A stretch of DNA of 64,000 nt from Nymphaea colorata (Eukaryota): NCBI RefSeq assembly GCF_008831285.2, contig NC_045138.2, positions 30,194,001-30,258,000 of the forward strand. Reading direction: 5' to 3'. The translations under genes were made by a program, and so were the position numbers. This document shows, one piece after another, positions 28,810 through 44,129 of this stretch. How positions within the stretch are numbered: the first letter of the stretch is position 1; each line of letters opens with the position of its first letter. The notes under the pieces were generated by a model. It was not told the DNA's origin and did not search any database. It saw nothing but the letters and a program-made list of their open reading frames with translations.

Positions 28810-31800
28810 TACATATACATATATACATATATAGATTATCTAAAATGTGTTATTGGTGTACTTGGTGGTTTTCTTGGTTTGCTGAAGGCACTCATGTAAA
28901 ACAAGTGATGTAACTCGTATTGGTTGGGTCCAATGTTAGATATGTAACACATTATAACATAACAAAATCACACAACTTAATTTTTTTATATTAAAATCTG
29001 TTTGTGTCATTTGCAGTACACTGGGATTCCAATTGATTAACTCACCTTTGTTTTTCCTTCTTTGTGAGAGGCACATCTTATCATTTTTACTCAAAAAAAG
29101 GAAATTCGGTAGACAATTTTAACATCAGGGGTTAGCTTGGACCCCTTACTGTAGGGAATCGAACAGGATGGATTTGTCAACCACCTACGGCCATAACTCA
29201 GGGATAAGTTTTGGAAAATGAGAGAGATAAGGGGACATGTTCCCTTGGATGGCAAAAATGATCTTAGGCCAGGTAATAAGCGTCCTGTTGAAACTGGCGT
29301 TCAGAGACATGGAAACAAGTCTATGCAAAGATGGATTGTATGCAAAAAAGTCAAGATCTAATGGAAACATGGTCAATCTTCAAACTGAAATGTGTTCATG
29401 AGATGGATATCTTCTACATTCCATAACACCTTTTGCAAAAACTGAACACCCATCATATGCTTAATTCTGTGGATGGCAACTACAGACACTGTATAATATT
29501 CAAGTCTATATTAAAACAATGAAGGACTTAATTTGCAGCAAGAACAGAAAGAAAGCAACACAAAAGGACTGCATCTTCACGAGTCAACCGTAAGAATCTA
29601 AATCTTCTAAATGAAATCAAAGCAGGAAAACTACGCAACACTATGCACTGCTCAGTGGAATTATCGACTCTATGAGCCCATCAAACAGCCAGATACATGT
29701 CCAACGTGATTCTTCAATCTACTATTCCAAAGCTATGTCTATGGCATATGTCAAGAGCCTCCAGCTTACTTGGTGGCAAACATATGAAATATCTATGCTT
29801 AAACTATATCCCGGCATCCATAATTTCACGGATGGAGTTGAAATCACAAATGGTAAAAGCATACAAAAAAGGGGAAGAAAAAAAGAAAAAAAAAACTCTC
29901 TGGGAAAATGAATTGCACAAATGCAACACATATGCTACCTATAACCTAAAATGTTTCCTTAAAAATAATCAAAATGTCCATTTAAATTACTTCAATACAT
30001 GAACAGGCATTAAACTAAATAGGATTTTATTATGCATGACTTGTTCTGTGGAGTCCTAAAACAATTTAATGGTCATAAACTTGAATTTTATTCTGAAGAA
30101 AAGACATAAGCTATTAAAACCATTGGAGTTCTAGTTTTGTTGCATAAAGTAACCCATAAATTTCATTTTTTTACTTTAAATGTGTAAGGATGTCTTTCAT
30201 ACAAAACATAGTATTCAACCTTAAGAAAGTTATGTAATCTTAAATTAAAAAAAGAAACCTTTTTGCCATTGTTTAAAATTCTCCTAGAACTAGTTTCAGG
30301 GTAGATCAAATCGGTACTCTTCACAGTTAGCTTATGTAAAGTAACGTGTCATAAGGTACAGCTACCTAACATCAACATTGGATTAACGTGGGATATGAGT
30401 TCAAAACTCTCTGCATATTTTCAAATTAAGAATACATAATTACATATAGTTCTCATCTCAGCTAAGCTAGAGCCACAAGCTTAGACAACTCAAGTTCAAG
30501 CAAGCCCAGCTTGCCTCGAAATTCTTGAGAACAGCCCTAGCTCAGTATACTAAGATCAGCACATAGATGCCACAGCAGAACCACAAGTTTTGATGTAGAA
30601 AACCATCTCATTTATCAAAAGAAAACTGAAAAATTAAAGACACTAACCACATCAAGCAGCTCACGAGCTTCCTTTTTTAATATGAAAAAATTGGCTTTGT
30701 CAAGCTCTTCATGCTCATTATCAATCTGGTAATTTTAAAAAAGAAATTGTTAAGATATGTAAAAATAACCAGTATTCAAAAGTAAAACACAAATTTACAA
30801 AGTCTAGAAATTATCACACTACAGGACCTTCTGGAGGACCACCTCCACATCCCCATCTTGCTCTTCTTGCAGCAAGAAGCGCAATAAAGGCTCAGGAATA
30901 TCAGGATCAAGCATACTTTGGCAATACTGGAAATAATTTAAAAGTAAAGCATATTGCCTGAAATGGAGAAATGATTATGTCAGTAATCATTAATAAAAGG
31001 GGGACAAGAAGAGAAACAAAAACTTATTAGAACAGATATCCAGACCTCCGGCGTAGAAGTTCAGAAGATTCACGTCTGAGAATAGCAACAATGAGTTTCA
31101 GCAGTATGGACTGACATGCAGCACTTGACAATTGTGACATAGAAACAATGTCAAGGCATGTCACACTGTCAGAATCAATGTTTCCAGGGGATAGGAATCT
31201 CTCTTCACGTAACTTGGCCATGCATGTAATGGCAACCTAAAAGACAAGACATGCTTAATCAAGACAAAGCCCAACAAAATTTAACTGGCATCAAATATTA
31301 TTCATCATGCACCTGTGTCAAGATTGCTGACATTTTAACAGAGCAATCTGGAGAAGCAGAAGCCTCTAATGTTGCATCTAGTACTCTGAGGAGCAAAAGA
31401 AAGAATATAAATAATATTCAATAAAATCACAAACAGATAAAGATAAAAGAAGATAGTTGTCAGTTGACACACTCAAACAAAATCTGGGAGCGGTTCTCAA
31501 GAAACATCATCCGTCTAGAAATGGATACCTGATTTCAAAAAGCAAAGGAAGTATGTTATAGGCAAGATTGTTTGTGCACAGATGTATCAAAAAAGGATGT
31601 TGTGCCATCTACCTCGACTAACTGAGACCAAGCAACTAAGAGGTGAAGTTGTGCAGCCTGCTCCTCAAGGTTGCGATTGTATCGCCAACCCCACCTTAGC
31701 AGCTGCTGGATAGAGTTCTTTAACTCAACTATTTTGCCTTCATGAACAAGGGAGACACTTTGTGGGCCCATGTTACACATCTAGATGGAAATACAAAAAA

Positions 31801-34800
31801 AGGAAATGTTACAACATACAGAAAAAACATGTGCTAATTGGAGACAATGAAGAGATAAATAATGTGAAATGTTTCCAAAGAACTAAAAGGTAAACTGAAA
31901 TGTATACGTGGAAATGGAAATATGATATAGCAACCTGACACAGTTTTTCACCAAAGGAAGCCAGGTCAATTAACCGGTCACCTCTTTCTGAAAAATAATA
32001 AACACCGCCTTTGTCAACAGTTGCAGGGTTTTGAAGAATATTGCCAACCTACATGTGAAATCACAATAACAACAAGGAGAAAAAGGTTCAAAAGAAGGAA
32101 CAAGTTTACAATAAATGGCACTTCTGATTTGATTACAATGAAAAAAGCAACCATATTCATATAGGCGTTATGATAATGGCACCATTTCTTTATTAAAAAA
32201 ACAGAAACAGGTATTCCAAATTGTATGATTGTAAAGAGATATAATAACAACATCAGGAAAAAAGAAAAGGGTAAAAACATTGTCTTTATCTGAACCATAA
32301 CAATCAGGAAAATTTGCTCTAGCTGAAATCATTAACAGGCATATGTAATGAGTTTTTGTTAGAAGATACATACTTAAGAGAATGTACAGGAAGATTTGTC
32401 ATTTTGTGCACATTTTATATGCTCTCTATGACCCAACATTGTCATGGGATACCTAACACATAAATTTTCTAATTAACATGGTTGCAGCATCAGTAATATA
32501 CCAAATATGAAGTTCAGTCAATTGTCAAGGGGTATAATGGGGAATCAACACTAACACTATTACTGGCTGTTAACTGCCCCTAAAGTTCATTTTGTTCCTT
32601 TCTGTTCAGCCAACCCCATTGTCCCAGTAACAGCTGTAAAGTTTGTATTGCAAACCAAATAGGGGAGGATCAAGGACACAATGTGTCACCATAACGTGGA
32701 ACCACAGAAGTGACTGTCTAGTCACAGAAAACGCGTTTTTTTGGGAAAAAAACGCGATAAATTAACCGGCCATTTAAAACTTTTAAAAAAACACATTTTT
32801 TTGAAAAAAAAAAGTTAAAAACAAAAAAAACGTGTTTCTTTCAGTTTTTTTTACTTTTTTCATTTTTTTTCAATTTTTTTAATGTCAAACAGTTTTTTTT
32901 TATTTTCTATTTTTTATTTGTTTCAAATGTACTTATCTTTTGATGTTTGTGTTATTAGTTTCTCACATTTTTAGTTTTTTTAAATTTTTAAAAATTTACC
33001 ATATTTTTCTCGTTTTTTTCAAGCTCGCCATATTATACCCGAGAAAAACCTCGCCGTTTAAAACCCCAAGGCGTTATTTGTGACTACGCATAGAACACAA
33101 GACCAAAGGAATGAGAGAGAGAGAGATGGGAAACAGCCAATAGTGGGGCAGACAGAAACGAAAGCTGCCAACAGGAGTCATTAATCAATAAGTTTGTGAA
33201 ACATACTCATCAGAATGACAGCTCTGAGTTCACACAACAAAATTGCACAGAAACTGAAAATGGCAAATGACAAATGGACCTCAAAACAAAATAAGGAGAA
33301 ACAAAATCTACAAAGCTCATGGGCCTAACTGATGGTCTAACAATAAAATCTAATAGAACACGGAACCTCACTGACAGGGCACTCATGTTTTTGAAATGCA
33401 ATGAGAATCGCATTTTTTCCTGAGCTTCTCATATGATTCTCACATTCTTCTGCTTTTCCTTCCAAACTTCCTATGCGTCTTCCATTTCATTTCCTCATGT
33501 TGCTTCTGTGCCCCTCATACATTTAGCAATTTACCCACAAACCTTTCACTAATCTTACTTTAACAAGCACGATTTTCAGGGCTTAAGAACATAATGATTC
33601 TTAAAAAACATAATTTTGTTACACATACCTCACCACATATGATCTTAATTTTTTTTTTAACTTTATCAATTCAAACTGCCAATTTTTAAAATAACAATGA
33701 AAAAACTGGGTGTATTTGTTAGTTCAAACCACACTAACAGTTGCATCTTGATAGCTATAGGTCCCCGATTTTGTTGTAAAATAATTATAATCCTCTAGGG
33801 TTACATAATGGTAAAATTCTATCTGCGAGTGAAACAGGTGAGTTTGGTCACAGGGTTTGGTATGTGTTGTTAGGATACATATCTTAGGATTTAGCATCAT
33901 TATTTGTTTTAGAATTCAATTTTTTGTTCGTATTTTTTTCAAAAAAAAATTGTAATTTTTACTTTCCTTTTGAGCTGCTCTAAGCAGCTATATTTGTAGC
34001 TGTTGGGACATCCAACACCTACATTCTCTAGCCATTGGAAGCCTAGCGGCTCCATTTTTTCCTTATTTATAAGACTTTGCCTATTTTGTAAGCTGAGAAT
34101 AATCCTAGTGGTGGTACACTCAGTTGTTATAGTTACAATCACAAACTAAACTTCTATGATGAAGTTTCGAGCACATTCTAAGATACAACTGACATGGAAA
34201 ACAGCCAATAAACCATGTCAAAATTGTGAAGATTTTGTTCCTTGCCCATAGCAGTCCTCAGTGTTAGCTTAATAGCACCAGAGGAGAAAACCATACCAAT
34301 ATATCCAAGCTCGAATTAGAAACTGATTGTGAATAATCATGAACTGCATCTGGTGCCCTAAATTGTATAATATCAAGAAGCGCCAAAACCTGCAATGTAG
34401 GAACCATGATATTAGAAGTTACTGCAGTAAAGAAACTTCAGAGAGTCCAACATCTGTCAGCAAAGCCATGGCACCTTGGTCGAAAATTCATGTCACCATA
34501 TAAAACTTCTGAAGGATCAATGGAAAATGAACATTCTAATCATGCAACAAAAAAACTAAGTGGAATTCTTTTGAACAAGAGACAAATAAAATTCACCATA
34601 GCTTTACCGCAGTTTGTCAGCAAAAACTAAGACAAAAATATCATGTTTGGAGAGGAAAATGCATGGGAAATGAAAAGTAAAAGACTGCACCACCACAATA
34701 AATGCAAGAAAAACCTTTGGTACACGATTATTCCAAAATTCATTCTAAAACAACCTAAAGTATGAGTATGTGTTCCATTCCTTACCTCATGCAACTGAAA

Positions 34801-37800
34801 CATGATGTACACAAAAAGAGTTCCATGTTCAAAGCAAAAGACCAATGGAAGTGATCCTTCGAGCCTCAGGAAACTCAAAGATCACACACACACAAAGAAT
34901 TCCTTCTTGGAAGCAAAATATTAAGGGAAGTACCCTCAAAAATTTGTAACAAATCTTAACAATTTATAGTCGTCTAATCTATCAGAACAGGATACCTTGT
35001 TCTTGTCTATGTGTCTAGTCTTCATATAGTCGATCATATGCAAGCCACTATCAGTCAACGCCGAACCAGCAGATCCAACATCAGTTGTCTCTCTAGCAAA
35101 CAATTGAGAAAGAACACGAAGGCAGACATCCTTATGAATTGACGAACCCACATCGCCCGCGTGCATTTCAAAAGCCAAAAGCTTCAATAGCCATGCTCTC
35201 TAGAGGGCAATAGAATAGACAAAATAAAGTTACGAAGCAAGTCTAACAAAAGAAGAAAAATACAAGACAATAAGCACTTTTACATGTTTCCCTTTTCACA
35301 ATATTTATCAAAAAATCCTCTGTAGTTTATGCAACATATTATTATAAAGACTTTCGGGACACAAGAAATTTCAAATACATTCAAGCATTGCACCAATTCT
35401 AGCAATAACCCAGAATCAGGCAATACAGTAATGTATCCTTGAGCAGATAGCCATGTAGATAGAAAGGCAAGAGCACATCAAATTGATAGCCTCTGGCTAC
35501 CAAGAGACAGTAAGAAACTCACGCACCCTACTAATCCCCCTCAGACTATAGGGTTAGTCCTCAGACAACTTCATTAATCAATAAGATTGGGGTTCACCAG
35601 CCCCACAGTACTTAAAGGTGATCACAATGAACCGGGTCAGGTCTGGCAAGTAACCATCAAAACCCACTTGTCATTTCTTAACCTAACCTAATTACAAGTA
35701 TGCCCACTTACGGCTATCATAAATGCTCAAACTACACTATGAATCTAATCCAAAATGGATATCAACTTTTCTGATTTCTCCACTTAGTGCACTTTTTTTT
35801 TGCAGAAAAAGAAAAGGAAATCCTCTTTGATTTCCATGTCATGTAGAGCAAAAAGGCAAGGTGAATGCCTTATTAGTTATTACAGCATGAGACCGGTTTC
35901 TTCTAGCACATGGACTATCCAGTAAGTAAGCATCGCGTTGTCTGGCTACGCCCAACTCAGTTACTAACAGCTGCACCCACAATGCATCCAGTACACACGC
36001 AACTTAGATGCAGAAGCCTATTTGCAGCAACAGTGTAACACAGATTCCAAGTTAATTTCTTACAACTTTATGCAGATCAGACTTGGTACAACAAGAGACA
36101 TGTTGTAGTGGTCACCAAAACAAGCAACTACTTTCAACAAAGATGAGCTTCCTGAAGAACTTTTCTTAATGAATGTTCCTTGACTGAGCATGACATTTGA
36201 AATTATAAAGTTTTATTCAACCACAAAAGATGCTCTCAGAAAACAACTGATACTAGCAAATATTAAAAAGTTTCTTAATACCTTTGAAAGATTTTATCAG
36301 AAGGGTCTGAATGTTCTTGGAGTATCTATTCCTTAAAATATTTTTTTTTCAACAAATTTCTTATACCTTTTGGCCTTCGCTTGCAATTATAACCTTCAAA
36401 AGCAAAATTGATTTTTTTTCCCCCCTCGGGCCACTTCCAGTCATGTTGGAAGGATAGTGTGCTTTTCATATCACCTACATTGTTTTCTCTCAGAGGTGAC
36501 CAACACAATAGACTAGAGGCCATAGGCAGCGCATCTTTGCAACTCATAGAGACCATTCCAATAAGCAATCAAATTTCTGGTTGATGGTCCTTCCAATAAC
36601 AAGAAAATTTTTCTGTAAAGATAAAATTGACAGAAGCTAACCTTTAAATATTTATGACCACTGAAGCAATTTATCCAGACAGCAAGGCAATGCCCCCATT
36701 ATTTTGTACAATTTTATACAAACAATATTGTGAGTACTAAAAGGTTTCTTTTGGGGTTAAGAGACAGACAAAAAGGGAAGGATTCATATCGTAATAAGGT
36801 AGAACAAAAAGGGAAGAACCCTCAATTGTGAAAATGCTAGAGGAAATGCAAGCAAAGGAACCAAAACTTGATGCTCACCTGCTGCAGTGAACTAACACGA
36901 AGTGAATGATTTGTATGTCTTTTAGGAAGAGGAAGAACTGCAAAAGATTCCAAGTGCTGGAAGCATGAAACAAGAAAACTAGATGTGTCACATAAGATGC
37001 AGCAGAATGACAGACCCTTTTCGTGACACTAGAAGCAGAACTTACCTTTGAAAAAAATTGGTACTTTTTGCTTGCCAGTAGATCACTAACAGCATTTCCC
37101 GTCAAGGGATCCAAGCATAACTCAAACACCAACTAATTATCAAGAAGGTAATTTTAGCATGTACAAGAAATAAAGAACCCTTCAAGCTTGGAAATCAAAA
37201 TAAGACTGACCTGAAAACCAAATTCATGGAGTGATGCATTAACATCAGGAAAATTCATGGTCTCCAAGACATCGAGAATAACTCTCAAGCAACTGGAAAA
37301 GCAACATAGTTGGTTAAAAGTAGATGGTCAAGGAAACCAACTGAATATTGCAAGGCAAAGTATGCCCTTGTCTCTACCTGTAATGATATTTTGGCTGCAA
37401 GGCTGTCCTTTCTATGGATGAATCGACATCAAATTTCAGAAGTAAATGTGTTAGATTAGGGGCAGGTCGGCTAATGTTGTCGATAAGAAGCTGAAATAGC
37501 AAAATATAACACCCAATCATATCCCAGAAAAAAAGACTTTTGCACTACAACAATTGAGTTAAACAATGCTTACCTGCAGTATAAGAACACCAGAGTCATC
37601 ACTAATATTATCCAAAGCCTGAGTCTCTTCAGAACGAACTTCAAGACAAGCAGCATAATCTTCAATCAAACTATCGGCAGAACCAGATTCTAAAAGTAGA
37701 GGCACCAGCTCCACCATGCGAGAACTATCAAAAGTAGAAAAGAGAGTAAAAACTTGACCTCTCACAAATCAAATATTTGTAGGTCAAAATCCAGGTTGAT

Positions 37801-40800
37801 TCAACAATAACAACTGAATGCACCATATTCACCCACACCAAGGAGGGAAGGAAAGCTTGGTATACCTGCATTTAAACTCTTTTTTTTCTCTTTTGTCAGT
37901 TAACTTCCAATAATATCATTTAACATTTCGTTAATTGTAACAGACAGTTACTCTGAGATATTATACATAAAAGTCAAATGCTTGATTAGCTCAAACAAAT
38001 TAGAATCCTAGAATAAGTTTTGAAAGGCAACTTATATAACAAAAGTCGAATGCTTGATTGACTGCTCTCTATATTTTCTTCTTCAGTTCGTTGTCTGACC
38101 AGAACAGGTTTACTCGATAGCTATTGATGGAATCTCTTCTATATAAGTAGAGGATTTAAGTGTCTTTCTGTTTGTAATTCATATCTCATGTATGATTTAA
38201 TGCCTTTGTACTTGCTGTTTATGTTTTGTGTCTGTGTGTCTGGTTCGGACATGGTGACTGTGTGTATGAACAGGTTTGTAAGATATTATCTATGAGCAGG
38301 TTTTTAATATGTTATTTTTTCGTTTCGCTTATGTATGATCTTCGTTGAATATTGTTTGTGATATGTTAGTTAGAAGAAGGTTTGTAATATGTAACAAGCT
38401 CATATGGTCCCTTGTTCCCTTTAAAAAATCAACGGCTAGTGAACAGATGGAATTTAATCCAATGCAATTCAAACGAATCATTGAAGCCTAGAAAAAAAGT
38501 TCTAAGTCATCATCACACATAATGCGGAATTTGGAACTTGGAACTTTTGTTCCACCCGACAATCGCCTAGTACTAAATACCTGCCATTCTCATACCAGGG
38601 ATTCAAACATGGCCTATATATATTTTGAGTAACTGAACAAAAACAAAATTTTGTAAAGCTTTTCAGTAAATATTCCTGAGAATGATATTTGTGACTCGCT
38701 CATTCAAAAAGAAAAGCAAAGTTATGAGAAGAGAAAAATATTCCAAAAAATTGCCGCACTTCTGAAGCTTGTAAAAGTCATGCAAAAGAGAGAAAGATAG
38801 AGAGAGGTAGGGACTGGATATCTGTGGACCTCAATATGCTAAGTATTTTGATGGAGCTCTGTTGGATTTGTGGGAGAAAATCATAGCGTACATACTCCAG
38901 TAAAGCCACAATCATGTTTCGATCTTGGGACAGTATCACATCCAATGGCTGCAGGACACATGAAAAAATCAGCTCATAAATAGAATGTTCATGAAACAAA
39001 AGAAAAGTGCTTTACCTGACATAAGGGTCGCCAGAAATCAGCAAGAAAAAGATCCTTATCAAAAACAAGAAGTATAATTTCAAGGGACAGAAGGACAGCC
39101 TTCTCCAAAAGGGGGCCATGAACTTGACTAGCCCGATCACTAATGACAGCATTAACACCTTGTAGAAGAATGCCCATGATACTGCTGAAAGCAGTTCGAC
39201 CACTCATGAAGTCCTGAAAGAAAAATGCATGTGAGATATCATTGGTGAATTTTCTGTATACAATAAAAATGTCCCTGCATATCAGAATCCACAAACTAAC
39301 AAATTAAAAAGAAAAGTCATTAAGAAGTTAGTATAAGCCCAAAACATTGATTAGTCATTAGAGTCACCACTATCAGATTTGCCATCTTGGCACAGCCTCT
39401 GGAAGATAATTCAGATACATAGTTGCCTTCCAGCTAAAGTCATGTAGACAAGCAACAGAAAGTTCATGGGCTTAAGAAGGAAAGCTAATGAGGAAGTGTC
39501 TAATTCATTCTACCGGAGAAGCATATTGACATTCTTGAAACAAATTACAATTATTATAATTAGAGACTGATTGCAAGGATTGATACTTTCAGCAACTCGA
39601 GAACAGGGATCTCCTGCTCAGGTGAAGCTACAGATTTGCTGGAAATCTGCTGTGGAGTCCGCTCAATATTTTCAATGTCCATCTCCTTAACATTGTACAA
39701 GGTCAACAAGCTGCAAAAGATCAAAAAACAGTAAACAGATTATTCAAAAATAGATTGCAAAATAAAAAAACTGGCAGAAGTTAAACACCACAGAGTTGTA
39801 ATACCTGCCATATGCAGGATAAATTACAGAGTAATTTGGCAATTCAATGCCATATCAGAAATTACAGCCAAAAATAAACAAACATTGTAAAACATAACGG
39901 GGTGTTTGGGTGACACTTCAAAACCAGGTTATTAAAGTGTTTGGGCGCCATCAATACTGGGTTTGAAGAAAACCCAGTTTTGAAAAAAGCTGGTTTTGTA
40001 AAAGGGACTGAAAAACTTGGTCCCCTTTAGGTTATCGAAAACCAGGTTTTGGATATGTCACCAAACAAAAAACAAAGTTTGTAAAACTCATCAAAAAACT
40101 TGGTTTTCATAAACCTAGTTTTCAAGGGTTAGAGGAGGGTGTCATCCAAACGCCCCTTAAAATAAAATCCATTAGCAGATTCTGTGGAAAGACAAATCCA
40201 TTGTATCACAGATACCCTTGCTTAAACTCAGAAGTGTTGAAAGTGTAACTCACATTTGAAAGTGCTGCAGGCAAGCAACAACCAATTGCCATTTTTCAGC
40301 GGGTTCAGCATATGCACGACGAGGAAAAGGTCCGAAAACATGGTCGTAAACAAACCTGAAGACCCCTAAGAACCTATGGAAGCAATAATCAATTTGTCAT
40401 AATATTACAGAGGATAAATCATACCACAAGCTACAGATCTGAACTAAAAACTTGAAGAAGGTAAACTAATATGCAATCAAATGAGACTTGCAGAACCTTA
40501 AGCCCCGATCACTGGTATCAGTCTCTCTTTTTACAAGAGCATTCAACAAGTTAAGGAATGATATAGTTGAAGGGTATCTTTCTGCCCTCGCTTCCACTTC
40601 ATTTAGTTCATATCTCATGTCATAAACCTGTAACATGTAGAATTTGATATAATTAATACAAGTAAAATGAGAACTCAATGGATAGTCTTGGGCCCTTGGT
40701 AAACAAGGCTGCCTAAAAGGTATAGAGAGAATGCATGTTTACTAACCAAAAAAATCAAAACTTTGTGCCAATTTCTTAATGTTTATCAGTAGAAACAACT

Positions 40801-43600
40801 ATTTTCAGTTAATTGAATGTCTCCCTCCATCCCATGGATGAAAATTATGACCCTCCATTCCTTTCAAGCTCAAGCAATAAAGGTTCCTGGCTCAGATGTA
40901 TTAAAATTTCTTCATGAAGTTGCTATTTCAGTAGATATGTTTGCTACTTTAGATGCATCCATGCTTATTTGACATCAGAAGCCCAAAAGGTACCCAAAGC
41001 TAGAAAATCTCATTTTTCTTGCTTGACCTAAAAGGATGATCAGTGAAACTTTTTGGGCTTGGTGGGATTAAAAAATTCTTCCAAACTAAACATTACCATG
41101 TTAAACCAGTGCAATCATTTTAGACATACTTTGTACATGGATATTTGGGTCAAGGTTCTGATGCCATAGTTGCCATAGCAGGAGAAGGAATTATAAATAA
41201 GTACAAAGATAAAAAATAGGTAGTCATTTCAAAACTATGGAGATCCCAGAGGATGAAAGGACCTCTAGGTTCATCACTGCTCAAACTAGTGGATGAAAGG
41301 ACAGCATTTCAAAGTAAGCAATGGAAATAAGGTTCAAGTGCGCAGATCAAATGAAAAATGTTCCTGACAGAGCTATGACAAAAAAATCATGAATTCCTGT
41401 AAACATTAACAAAGTCATTCATACTCCTTTGCTACAACAAGGATCTTAACTAGTACACTGTTGATTATCACATATTTGGATCATTCCTGAAGAATTTCAT
41501 TGTTCAAGTGAAGTGTAACAGATACCCTAACTTACTCAATTCATCAAACAATCAGGAAAAGTGATATCTAATGAACTTATGGCAAATGTTGCATGTACAA
41601 AAGAATGAGATATTACAAACAGCAGTCACCTGCATCTGCAATTGCTGAGACTGGTTTCCAATAGGAGGTGGACCAACCACTACTGGCAGATCATACCGTT
41701 CCAGGAAACTCCAAATTGTATCTTTGAGAATAGGAGTATTTTCAACAAACGTGGTGATGGTATTCCGCAAAGCACCCTAGACATGTTAACGCATTACAGC
41801 CAACAACAAATCAAGAAGCCAAACCAAGACTGCAGTTTCTCACCTTCAAGAAAGGAGGCACATTTTCATATCCAAGAAGCTTAAACAAAGGCTCAATGTC
41901 AGGAAACCATTTTGATCGCTCCAAAGGATTTCCTTTTTGCATTACCTAAAAATCCAGAAATATTCATTCCTATTGATCAAATGAAACATGTGGTGTTGGC
42001 AAGTGAAGTCTTACCACAACAAACAGATTTTTGCAGTTGCAAAAAGAACTATACAAAGAATAAACCAGACAAGACCTTCTGAAGAACTCTCAAGTAGGCA
42101 ACCATCGCTTTGGCATCACCTTCTTGGAACTCAGGTAAAACAGCCGCTGAGGTCTGAAGTGACTGTTTGAACTTCTGCTCATACATGGATAGGCAGTCGA
42201 ACAATCTAGTCCAACTCACAGATCGGAAGGCTTTCCTCTGAAGTAACTGGAAAACCTTAAATGCACCTTCCTCATTTGATGCCTGGTCAACGCAGCCAAT
42301 TTAGAGAAAGTACAAAACAAATAATTCAATAGCATCACAAACGATCATCATACCAAGGAACTCATCATTCTCAAGAAAGCAACAAGAGTTTGAAAGTTAG
42401 TATGATCCTCCCCAGCAAAGTTCACAAATGTCCATATGACTTCATTTCCAGCCAAATGCTCTGGTTCTTTCTGTAACATTTCAGAAACAAGGAAATACAT
42501 CAAAAGACAAGTCAAGAGAGTGGATGGAGGAAGAAACAAGAGAAAAGAATTTTGGGCCAGCATTAAAATCTAGGAAGTTTATAGCAGATCAGACTTACTA
42601 CATACAATATAGGCCACTAAGATAGATATCTAACTTGCAACAGAGTTTCCAAAATTGGAAGCCATCTAACAATCAGTTTTGGGCCTTTCACACCCTAGAA
42701 ATTTAGTGCAAATGTCAGGGGAGCACTAGTAAACAAACCCATGGAACTGGATGAAAGCAAAAACAAAAACATTAACAGAAAGGACAACAATGGCACCAAG
42801 TGCAGTAGCATCCCTTAGATCCCATTACTTCGTTGGCCAAACATGGTAAGTCAATGGTATAGATCAAATTATATGAGAAGAGGATAATTCTCCAGCTATA
42901 ATGACCGACATTTTCCTCCGACAGATATATATTAGTTGGAGTTACCATTAAGAAGGCGGAACCCTTTTACCAAACTTCCACTTTTGTACTCACAATTGGT
43001 TGCTTATCTCTACCTCCCAATTGAGTATATAGGCAACAGTGGAGCAAAAAAGAAAAAAAGAATAAACAGCAATAAACTGGAGTGCACCATACTCTCGTCA
43101 TGGTACTTATTGTTTGGCAATATTTTCAGAATATCTTAGTGGTGGCTAGGTGTTAACCAGAGTCACAAATAATGTCTCGGAGTTTTAAACAGTGAGATTT
43201 TTCTCAGATATAATACGGTGAGCTTGACGGGGAAAATATGGTAAATTTTCAAAAATTTTAAAAAACTAAAAATGAGGAAAAATAAAATAAGTAAGAAACT
43301 AATAACACAAACATCACAAGATAAGTAAATTTGCAACAAATAAAAAATGAAAAAAAAAGTGAAAAAAACACGAAACAAAGCATTAAAAACGCGTTTTTTC
43401 ATTTTCAACGTTTTTTTAGTTTTAAACGGCCGTTTAATATATCACCGCGTTTGTTCGAAAAAAAAAAATTGTTTTCTGTGACTAGGCCCTAAATATCTGA
43501 ACCTAAGTCACATGGATACGAATATGATTCGGATACTGTCATAGAGATATGGATACAGACACGGTAACTTCAAAAAATGTGGTTATGGGAATACGGAAGG

Positions 43601-43650
<50 letters not shown>

Positions 43651-44057
43651 CACAAAAAATCAAAATAAAATCAACATTTAAACCAGTGATATAAATAAAA
43701 ACATTATATGTTAATGGACAATAACTCTAAAAAATAGAATAAAAAATAAGAAAAAATTAATTCAAGTAAAATTAAGTAGTTTGGATCAGCTTCAAGCTAA
43801 AAGGTACCCAAGTGTGTCCAAGTACCTGATTCGGTATGGGTACAGTAACGTACCCACATGGGTACATGGACCTTACTGACGTACTCATATGATTTACAAA
43901 CGAACTCATTGCAGCCTTGTTGCTAAGACTTGGCTCACCTTTGATTTAACCAGAATGGTTGAAAGCAACAGTGAGCTATGTCAGATGGGTGCGGGGTGCA
44001 GGTGACGGTGCGGGATGCAGCAAACTCCAAAAAAAAATGGGTGCAGGTGCGGTGAGA

Positions 44058-44129
<72 letters not shown>

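Noticed and set aside
34390..34995. NUP205 intron with donor GTATCCTG resembling a U12 5' splice site (GTATCCTT)
   Set aside because: No TCCTTAAC-type branch point near the 3' end; it has a U2-like CTAAT and TGCAG acceptor, so it is most likely U2.
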